Positions 1 through 6,502 are shown, counted from the first letter of the stretch. The stretch is 51,114 bases of DNA from Candidatus Fimenecus sp. (GCA_045631075.1 JAZQUC010000017.1:1-51114), one strand, 5' to 3'. Notes: generated by a model from the sequence alone, not told the origin. Numbers and translations: made by a program.

Positions 1-45
1 GAGAAAGCCAAAAAATGCATTGATAAAATGCTTGAACTTGGGTGA
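1..45 (+). CDS. 3' end of an unidentified upstream CDS (partial)
   Basis: Frame 1 is open from the window edge (..EKAKKCIDKMLELG*) and stops at TGA 43-45. It forms a GTGA overlap with the GTG at 42. Too short to identify. Confidence 0.25.
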   Translation, partial: EKAKKCIDKMLELG

Positions 46-1073
46 ATAAAATGAAAAAAGCAGTTATTGCTATGAGTGGCGGAGTTGATAGCTCCGTCGC
101 TGCTTTACTTATTAAAAACGAAGGTTATGATTGTGTCGGTGCTACAATGCAGCTGTATATCGAAGGGGATTGCAGTGATGCAAAAGCAGTTGCCGATAAA
201 CTCAATATGCCTTTCTATATTTATCCACTTAAAGAAGAATTCAAAAAACTTGTTATCGATAAGTTCATTGAATTCTATGAAAATGGTAAAACGCCAAATC
301 CCTGTGTTGAATGTAATCGTACCCTTAAATTCGGTGCTATGATGGATAAAATGCACGAGTTAGATGCTGATTTTGTTGTTACAGGTCATTATGCAAGAGT
401 AGTCTGTGAAAATGGTGAATATAAACTGAAAAAAGCAGTTGACGAAAGCAAAGACCAGAGCTATTTTCTCTATATGCTCACACAAGAGCAACTCAAGCAT
501 ATTAAATTCCCATTGGGTGAATACACAAAGCCTGAAATTCGTGAAATGGCAGAAGAAAACGACCTTATAACTGCTCGAAAAAAGGATAGTCAGGACATTT
601 GCTTTGTACCTGACGGAGATTATGTAAGCTTTATTAAGAGTTATAACAATAAGGACTATCCAAAAGGTGAATTTATTCATAAAACAGGTTTTTCTTTCGG
701 TGAGCATAAAGGTATTGTGAATTACACAATTGGTCAGCGTAAAGGACTTGGAATTGCATATAAAAATCCACTTTATGTAATGAACATTGATCCTGAAACC
801 AATAATGTTGTTTTGGGTGATAATGAAGATTTGTTTACAGATACAGTTGTAGCTAAAAATGTAAATATAATCAGCGGAAAAGAGATAAAAGAACCAATTC
901 GTGTACTTGCTCGTGTCCGTTATAGACACAAGGAACAACCTGCAACCGCATGGCAGACAGAAGACGGATTTTTACATGTAAAATTCGACGAACCACAACG
1001 AGCAATCACCAAGGGTCAATCACTCGTAATTTTTGATGGTGATACAGTCCTTGGTGGTGGTGAAATTATTTAA
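42..1073 (+). CDS. mnmA: tRNA-specific 2-thiouridylase MnmA
   Basis: N-terminal PP-loop AMSGGVDSSVAA, conserved CVECN and DSQDICF motifs, length ~340 aa. Start is either GTG 42 or ATG 51. Confidence 0.95.
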   Translation: MNKMKKAVIAMSGGVDSSVAALLIKNEGYDCVGATMQLYIEGDCSDAKAVADKLNMPFYIYPLKEEFKKLVIDKFIEFYENGKTPNPCVECNRTLKFGAMMDKMHELDADFVVTGHYARVVCENGEYKLKKAVDESKDQSYFLYMLTQEQLKHIKFPLGEYTKPEIREMAEENDLITARKKDSQDICFVPDGDYVSFIKSYNNKDYPKGEFIHKTGFSFGEHKGIVNYTIGQRKGLGIAYKNPLYVMNIDPETNNVVLGDNEDLFTDTVVAKNVNIISGKEIKEPIRVLARVRYRHKEQPATAWQTEDGFLHVKFDEPQRAITKGQSLVIFDGDTVLGGGEII

Positions 1074-1165
1074 GTATAAATTAATAAATTTGAATTAGTT
1101 TAAGTATGACGGGGTCTTGATCTCGCCGTTATTGTTTTATATGAAATTAACCTAAATGAATTAAC

Positions 1166-1468
1166 CGCGTAGTGGCAGGCTTCCACGCCTGCATTGTCAT
1201 TTGATTACGCAAATTATAATTTATCGGTGAGTTTTTCGTAGGGGCTGGCGTCCCCGACGACCCGTTTTCAATATAATCATTAAAATTATAATTTGTTGGG
1301 ATGATATCAAATTAAAATAGAAACAAAAACCTTGTAGGGGTCATTCACGAATGACCCGTTCCAAAGTGTGATGGTAACCTTATTCGGGCGATTCTTGAAT
1401 CGCCCCTACATTACAATCAAACTAATAATATTGTAGGGGACGATGCTTCATCGTCTCTTTATTTTTTT
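1166..1468. repeat. Cluster of five GTAGGGG-hairpin repeats (GC-rich stem-loops in AT-rich spacer)
   Basis: Copies at 1166-1193, 1236-1264, 1333-1358, 1383-1410 (inverted orientation) and 1433-1457. Each has YGTAG(G/T)GG followed by a 6-9 bp stem whose sequence differs between copies but stays complementary. Confidence 0.75.
1211..1299 (+). repeat. ~90-bp composite direct repeat, copy A (partner at 2448-2538)
   Basis: AAATTATAATTTATCGG ... CGTAGGGG-hairpin ... CCCGTTTTCAATATAATCATT-AAATTATAATTTGTYGG. Roughly 85% identical by eye to 2448-2538 in the same orientation. Confidence 0.8.
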
Positions 1469-1498
1469 ACCGAATATATTCGTAAAATTACCGAACAT
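1467..1498 (+). promoter_or_regulatory. Two TTACCGAA(T/C)AT direct repeats spaced 21 bp, candidate LytTR binding site
   Basis: TTACCGAATAT at 1467 and TTACCGAACAT at 1488, exactly 21 bp apart and just upstream of the -35 at 1509. A third ACCGAA lies at 1515-1520. Confidence 0.45.
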
Positions 1499-1508
1499 CT
1501 TTAATACA

Positions 1509-1537
1509 TTGCAAACCGAAAAATGAGATGATATTAT
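1509..1537 (+). promoter_or_regulatory. Sigma-70-type promoter of the LytTR operon (TTGCAA-17-TATTAT)
   Basis: TTGCAA 1509-1514, 17-nt spacer, TATTAT 1532-1537. AGGAGG RBS lies before ATG 1559. Confidence 0.55.
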
Positions 1538-1558
1538 ACACTTGCAAGGAGGAATTTC

Positions 1559-1990
1559 ATGAAACTCAGAATTGTAATTGATAAAAATCGTGACGAAGAA
1601 ATTCTTATATATGCTCACGAAAAAACAGAGTTAATCTGCGAAATTGAACAACTCGTCAATAATGACTCCTTTGACTTGACAGGGTATGGTGAAACAGAAA
1701 CAATAAAGCTTAATTTAAATGAAATTTACTGTTTTATCACAGAGGATAGCAAGGTGTATGCACTGACTGAAAAGGGCAAATATAGGGTGAAATCAAGGCT
1801 TTATCAGATAGAGGGGAATTTAAATGATAACTTTGTTAAAATCAATCAGTCCTGTATTGCAAATATCAAAAAGATTGATAAATTCAAAGCCAGCGTCGGC
1901 GGAGCATTGACAGTTGTTTTTAAAAATGGCTATGTAGATTTTGTGTCGCGAAGAAATCTCAAAAATGTAAAAGAAAGGTTAGGTTTGTAA
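1559..1990 (+). CDS. LytTR-family DNA-binding protein lacking a receiver domain
   Basis: 143 aa. The C-terminal half matches the LytTR pattern (NLNEIYCF..E..KVY..T..G.Y.VK.RLYQIE..L...FVKINQSCIANI.KI). Strong RBS. No response-regulator receiver domain. Confidence 0.85.
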   Translation: MKLRIVIDKNRDEEILIYAHEKTELICEIEQLVNNDSFDLTGYGETETIKLNLNEIYCFITEDSKVYALTEKGKYRVKSRLYQIEGNLNDNFVKINQSCIANIKKIDKFKASVGGALTVVFKNGYVDFVSRRNLKNVKERLGL

Positions 1991-1991
1991 T

Positions 1992-2408
1992 ATGAATAAA
2001 TATGTAAAGGGGTTTATTCATCGAGGACTCATATTCGGTGGCTTTGGACCCATTATTTTAGGAATTATATATTTTATACTTTCAAAAACTGTTGATGGTT
2101 TTATACTGAGTGGTTTGGAAGTGATGACGGGTATAATTTCAATTTATTTGTTGGCATTTGTTCACGCTGGCGCAAGTATATTTAATCAAATTGAGCATTG
2201 GGGAATATCGAAATCATTGCTTTGTCATTTATCGACACTTTATGTTGCATATTCTCTGTGCTATGTGATAAATACATGGATTCCTTTTGAACCAAAAGTA
2301 CTTTTGTTGTTTACTGCAGTTTTTATGATAATATACTTTGCAGTGTGGTGTACGGTTTACTTTGTTATCAGAATGACAAGTAAAAACTTTAATGCAAAAC
2401 TGAAATGA
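1992..2408 (+). CDS. Small 4-TM membrane protein, DUF3021-like partner of the LytTR protein
   Basis: 138 aa with about four hydrophobic helices. Starts 1 nt after the LytTR stop (TAATATG). LytTR plus small membrane protein is the recurrent LytTR regulatory system arrangement. Confidence 0.6.
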   Translation: MNKYVKGFIHRGLIFGGFGPIILGIIYFILSKTVDGFILSGLEVMTGIISIYLLAFVHAGASIFNQIEHWGISKSLLCHLSTLYVAYSLCYVINTWIPFEPKVLLLFTAVFMIIYFAVWCTVYFVIRMTSKNFNAKLK

Positions 2409-2410
2409 TA

Positions 2411-2443
2411 TGTAAGGGACGATGTTCACATCGTCCTTTTTTA
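2411..2443 (+). terminator. Intrinsic terminator of the LytTR operon (also a GTAGGGG-family hairpin)
   Basis: TGTAAGGGACGATG-TTCA-CATCGTCC followed by TTTTTT. Confidence 0.8.
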
Positions 2444-2447
2444 TATA

Positions 2448-2538
2448 AAATTATAATTTATCGGGGAAAACAATTCGTAGGGGTCGGCGTCCTCGACGAC
2501 CCGTTTTCAATATAATCATTCAAATTATAATTTGTCGG
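2448..2538 (+). repeat. ~90-bp composite direct repeat, copy B (partner at 1211-1299)
   Basis: Same architecture as copy A, including an internal CGTAGGGG hairpin at 2475-2503. Confidence 0.8.
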
Positions 2539-2673
2539 GGAAAAAGCGCCCCTTGTCAAAGGGGAGAGGGCCACGAAGTGGCGAGGGGATTCTTGTTGTT
2601 GTATAATGAATCCCTCCACCGCTAACGCGGTCCCACTCCCTTTAACAAGGGAGGCTTATATCTCCCCGACAAA
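2531..2673. repeat. 143-bp imperfect palindrome made of two inverted copies of a GC-rich two-hairpin element
   Basis: The left arm TTTGTCGGGGA..CCCCTTGTCAAAGGGG..GCCACGAAGTGGC..GAGGGGATTC matches the reverse complement of the right arm GAATCCCTCC..ACCGCTAACGCGGT..CCCTTTAACAAGGGAGG..TCCCCGACAAA. Confidence 0.8.
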
Positions 2674-2746
2674 CTTCAATTTATCGAAATGTTTTTCTTT
2701 CTGACCGAAGGGAAAATCTCGTGAACCAACAAAATAAAACTTAATA

Positions 2747-2775
2747 TTGAATAATTGCAAAATATATGGTAAACT
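2747..2775 (+). promoter_or_regulatory. Candidate orphan promoter (TTGAAT-17-TAAACT)
   Basis: TTGAAT 2747-2752, 17-nt spacer, TAAACT 2770-2775. No credible ORF follows it. Confidence 0.4.
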
Positions 2776-2781
2776 TATAAT

Positions 2782-2995
2782 TGCCAAACCAATTGAATAT
2801 AAAAATGAGGGCGATTTCTATTTTTTTATAGGGATATTTTACTCGTATTTGCATAATCATAATCGTGTTATGAATTTGATAAAAACGCAAATTCTATCAA
2901 TACGATTGTGGTTAATTGCCCTTTATATTGAATTGGTTTGGCGACTATCGGAGTTTGCGTTTTTTGTGCGGCTGCTTCGGTGGTCGCACTTTTTG
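2782..2995 (+). ncRNA. Candidate ~210-nt structured small RNA of unknown family
   Basis: A 20-23 bp closing stem pairs 2781/2784-2803 with 2922-2941/2944, with one G.G mismatch. Inner helices are 2809-2816/2914-2921 and 2856-2865/2903-2912; the latter has three G.U pairs valid only on the + strand. An apical hairpin is GAATTTG..CAAATTC. It ends in a 10-bp UUCG-capped terminator at 2966-2989 plus TTTTT. Confidence 0.4.
2966..2995 (+). terminator. Strong intrinsic terminator with UUCG tetraloop, not preceded by any CDS
   Basis: GTGCGGCTGC-TTCG-GTGGTCGCAC followed by TTTTTG. It sits 190 bp upstream of the next start codon. Confidence 0.7.
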
Positions 2996-3112
2996 TATTT
3001 GTGGAGGGGATTTTTGTGAGATAATTTTATTCATAAAATTACTTGTCAAGATGTTTTATGAAATATTTTTTTGCAATTTTAACAAAAAAATCTGCAATAT
3101 TGCATTTTCTAT

Positions 3113-3140
3113 TGTAATTTATATAAAAATGCAATATACT
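3113..3140 (+). promoter_or_regulatory. Candidate promoter of the LRR surface protein gene (TTGTAA-16-TATACT)
   Basis: TTGTAA 3113-3118 and TATACT 3135-3140. AGGAGG RBS at 3171-3176 lies before ATG 3185. Confidence 0.4.
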
Positions 3141-3184
3141 TATTTTGAGAAAAATAATTTTTAAATATAAAGGAGGAAATTATT

Positions 3185-6100
3185 ATGAAAAAAACAAATA
3201 AAATCTTAGCAATTATCCTCGCAATACTTATGGTTGTATCCATTACACCAATCACAGCAAGTGCTGCTATTACGGGTACTGCCGGTAAAGACATCACATG
3301 GGAGTTGGATAGCTCTACAGGTACACTAACATTTTCAGGTTCAGGTGAAATGTATGGTTACTATGGTGATGGTAGTACTCCACCATGGGACTATGAGTCT
3401 AAAGTTAAAACAGTTATTATAGAAGAAGGAATTACAACTATTGGTTCACGCGCATTTATAGGATTTTATAATCTTACAAATGTGACAATTCCCAATAGTG
3501 TAACAATAATCGACGATAATGCTTTTTATAAATGTACTAAACTTACCAATATAATAATTCCTGAAGGTGTAAGACAAATTGGTGAATATGCATTTTCAAA
3601 CTGTTCTAATCTTACAAGTATAACTTTACCTGAAAGTTTATTGTGGATAGACACAGATGCATTTGCAAAATGTACCGCCCTGACAGATGTTAATTATTTA
3701 GGTACATTAGAAGATTGGTACGGTATTGGTATAGCTGAAGGAAATGGTAATCTTTATGTTGTTGACATTACCTCTCTCCCAAGCAAAAATTTTACATGGG
3801 AGTTCGATGAAGAAACAGCAACATTAACTATTACAGGTAGCGGTGAGATAGTTGATTTTCGTTATGAAGATGATTGGGGCGGTTATTATTGTGGCACTCG
3901 TCCATGGGAAGACATAATAGAAAATGATGTTAAGCATGTGGTTATCAACGAGGGTATAACAAGTATCGGTGCGTATGCCTTTGCTTATTCTAATTCCCTT
4001 GAAACAGTAACTATGAGTAGTGTAAAGACTATCAGTACTGATGCATTTTGTAGTTGTGTTAATCTTAAGGCTGTAACCACAAGTAATAGCTTAAAGGTTA
4101 TTGGAGACGATGCTTTTTATAAATGTGATAAATTAACTTATATTTATTATTCAGGCACACAAAATGAATGGGACCATGTTAAAATAGGAGACCATTGGAA
4201 CGATGAAATGGATACTGTAAAGGTTTATCCAAGTGATTATGTAGTCTATTCTGACTATGGTAATGGTGTTATATTAATTGCAGATGATACAATAACATGG
4301 GTCTTTGATGCCAATTCATATACTTTAACAGTTTCCGGTGAAGGCGATACTTTTGATGATTACATGGTTGACGAAAAGTTTCATTCTAAAACTTGTTATA
4401 AGTTCTTCGGATATAGAGGTTGGGATTATTACAAATACGATACCAAAAAAATTGTTGTAGATAACGGTATAAACTATATTGGTAATAACTCATTTCGTTT
4501 CTTCCTTAATGCTACAGATGTTGTAATTCCTTTAAGTGTAACAGAAATCGGAAAGATGGCATTCAGAACATGCGATTCTATTACTGATGTTTATTATGCA
4601 GGTACAGAAGTACAGTGGAAAAATATTGTAATAGGTACAGATAATGACGCACTTTTAAACGCAAATATTCATTATAACTATGTTGAATGTGAACATAACT
4701 ACGAAACAACAGTGGTAACAGAGCCAACTTGCATAAATCGTGGTTATACAACACACATCTGTTCAAAATGTAATGAAAGCTATGTTGACAGTTTTCTTGA
4801 ATTTACTGAATGTCCTGACTATGTTGAGGTTATATGGCCACCAACATGCACAGAACAAGGATACATAGCACATGAATGTCCTATTTGTCATACGGGATAT
4901 GTTGAAAAATATCTTGACCCGACTCACAAATATGAACAAACTTCTGTAACACAGCCAACTTGTACAACACAAGGCTATACAACATATACATGTACTGCAT
5001 GTGGCAAGGTTGCTAAAGATGACTATACTTCTTCATTAGGTCACGATTATGGTGATGCAATAGAAATATCTGCTCCGACTTGTACTGAAAAAGGCTATAC
5101 AAAACAGATATGTGCAAGATGTGAATATGAATTTATATCCAACAAGGTTCCAGCTTTGGGACACGATTATATTGAAGTGTCAACAATAGCTCCGACATGT
5201 ACTGAACAGGGTTATACAACATATGTGTGTTCAGTATGTGGTGCTGAAAGCATGGATAATTATATTGAAGCAACAGGACATAATTGTGAAGAATGGACAA
5301 CGGTTGTTGAGCCACAATGTGGTGTTAAAGGAAAAGAAAAGGCTGTTTGTACAGTATGTGAAGAAGAAATAGAACAGGATATTTCAAGCCTTAGTCACGA
5401 TTATGGTGAATTAGAGATCGACTATGATGCAACTTGTACAGAAACGGGTCGAATGGCTCAAAAATGTTCAAGATGTGAAAGCAAAACAGGTTTTAAAACA
5501 ATCCCTGCAAAAGGTCATACTTATGGTGAGTGGGTAGTTATAACACCTGCAACATGTCAGACATATGGACTGATGAGACGCCAATGCTTGTATTGCGATA
5601 CCAACGAGAGTGTTTCTGCAATAGGTGAACACGATTACTCAATTGAACATAATGTTGTTGAAGCAACTTGTATTACAGATGGAAGCAAAACAGTTGAATG
5701 TTCATTATGCGGAGATACAAAAAATGAAGTGACACCTGCAACAGGGCACAGTTACACAACAGAAATCACAACTCCTGCAACTCATACACAAACAGGCATT
5801 GAAACATTCACTTGTGCTTGTGGTGATACATACACAGAAGTAATTGAAAAACTTGAAAAACATAATTATGAATCAGTTGTAACAGCACCTACTTGCACAG
5901 AACAAGGTTACACAACATACACCTGCGGATGTGGTAACAGCTATGTTGTTGACTATATAGATGCAACAGGTCATATTTCTGCGGATGCAGTTGAAGAAAA
6001 TTATGTTGCTCCAACTTGTACAGAAACTGGTAGCAAAGATGTGGTTGTTTACTGCTCAATATGTGATGCGGAAATTAGCAGAGAAACAAAAACGATTGAA

Positions 6101-6427
6101 GAAGCTGAACATACAGTTGTTACTTATGAAAAGATAACTCTTGCACCGACTTGTACGGAAAATGGAGCGAAAGAAATTGCACATTGTTGTACTGAATGTA
6201 ACACAGTTATCAGCAAAGAAAATGTAACAATTGATGCAACAGGTCACGCAGACAATGACAATGACGGATACTGCGATGCAGATAACGAGATTCTTGACCC
6301 ATCAGTTGAATGTGAATGTAATTGCCATAAAACAGGCGTTTCAAATTTCTTCTTCAAGCTGATTCTTTTCTTCCAGAAGATTTTTGGCTCAAATAATGTC
6401 TGTGATTGTGGTGTATCACATTACTAA
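3185..6427 (+). CDS. Large secreted protein: signal peptide, BspA-type leucine-rich repeats, 13 Cys/His mini-repeats, Cys-flanked C-terminal motif
   Basis: 1080 aa. The N-terminus MKKTNKILAIILAILMVVSITPITASA is signal-like. Repeated I..AF..C..L..V.IP..V..I motifs are typical of BspA-like LRRs. The C-terminal half is an array of PTCTEQGYTTYTC..CG units. Confidence 0.85.
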   Translation: MKKTNKILAIILAILMVVSITPITASAAITGTAGKDITWELDSSTGTLTFSGSGEMYGYYGDGSTPPWDYESKVKTVIIEEGITTIGSRAFIGFYNLTNVTIPNSVTIIDDNAFYKCTKLTNIIIPEGVRQIGEYAFSNCSNLTSITLPESLLWIDTDAFAKCTALTDVNYLGTLEDWYGIGIAEGNGNLYVVDITSLPSKNFTWEFDEETATLTITGSGEIVDFRYEDDWGGYYCGTRPWEDIIENDVKHVVINEGITSIGAYAFAYSNSLETVTMSSVKTISTDAFCSCVNLKAVTTSNSLKVIGDDAFYKCDKLTYIYYSGTQNEWDHVKIGDHWNDEMDTVKVYPSDYVVYSDYGNGVILIADDTITWVFDANSYTLTVSGEGDTFDDYMVDEKFHSKTCYKFFGYRGWDYYKYDTKKIVVDNGINYIGNNSFRFFLNATDVVIPLSVTEIGKMAFRTCDSITDVYYAGTEVQWKNIVIGTDNDALLNANIHYNYVECEHNYETTVVTEPTCINRGYTTHICSKCNESYVDSFLEFTECPDYVEVIWPPTCTEQGYIAHECPICHTGYVEKYLDPTHKYEQTSVTQPTCTTQGYTTYTCTACGKVAKDDYTSSLGHDYGDAIEISAPTCTEKGYTKQICARCEYEFISNKVPALGHDYIEVSTIAPTCTEQGYTTYVCSVCGAESMDNYIEATGHNCEEWTTVVEPQCGVKGKEKAVCTVCEEEIEQDISSLSHDYGELEIDYDATCTETGRMAQKCSRCESKTGFKTIPAKGHTYGEWVVITPATCQTYGLMRRQCLYCDTNESVSAIGEHDYSIEHNVVEATCITDGSKTVECSLCGDTKNEVTPATGHSYTTEITTPATHTQTGIETFTCACGDTYTEVIEKLEKHNYESVVTAPTCTEQGYTTYTCGCGNSYVVDYIDATGHISADAVEENYVAPTCTETGSKDVVVYCSICDAEISRETKTIEEAEHTVVTYEKITLAPTCTENGAKEIAHCCTECNTVISKENVTIDATGHADNDNDGYCDADNEILDPSVECECNCHKTGVSNFFFKLILFFQKIFGSNNVCDCGVSHY
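4682..6250 (+). repeat. Coding tandem array of 13 units of ~38-42 aa (H-x-Y ... P-T-C-T-E-x-G-Y ... C-x2-C)
   Basis: Units are centred on TCINRGY, TCTEQGY (x3), TCTTQGY, TCTEKGY, QCGVKGK, TCTETGR, TCQTYGL, TCITDGS, THTQTGI, TCTETGS and TCTENGA. The DNA copies differ mainly at synonymous positions. Confidence 0.85.
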
Positions 6428-6448
6428 TTTTAATACGCAAACTTTTTC

Positions 6449-6502
6449 GGCTCCCTCTGACGAGGGAGCTGTCATTTTTGCAAAAAAATGACTGAGGGAG
6501 AG
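6449..6502 (+). repeat. GC-rich two-hairpin element (variant copy) just downstream of the LRR gene stop
   Basis: GGCTCCCTC-TGAC-GAGGGAGC, then GTCATTTTT-GCA-AAAAATGAC, then TGAGGGAGAG. Same architecture as 2531-2673 and 20266-20315. Confidence 0.65.

Noticed and set aside
360-938. Long antisense ORFs inside confident genes (also 14152-14619, 15418-15849, 19120-19476, 21006-21473, 9522-9770 and others)
   Set aside because: They lie fully within well-supported CDSs on the opposite strand. Their compositions are rich in Cys, Phe, Ile and Asn, typical of antisense frames in AT-rich genes. No RBS was seen.
1166-2673. Possibility that the clustered hairpin repeats are a CRISPR array
   Set aside because: The repeat units are not identical, their spacing is irregular (27-100 bp), one copy is inverted, and there are no cas genes in the window.
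2782-2945. Assigning the candidate RNA to 6S RNA
   Set aside because: It shares a long closing stem with 6S. In my fold, however, the unpaired region is almost entirely on the 5' side (~38 nt versus ~1 nt), instead of the two-sided central bubble. I cannot verify other 6S features by eye, so it is left unassigned pending a covariance-model search.
2747-3164. Two overlapping tracked ORFs (90 aa and 82 aa) in the large intergenic gap
   Set aside because: Both have non-ATG or weak starts with no Shine-Dalgarno. Their products are hydrophobic low-complexity sequence typical of AT-rich noise. They run straight through a strong terminator hairpin and the downstream promoter. The region is better explained as RNA or regulatory DNA.
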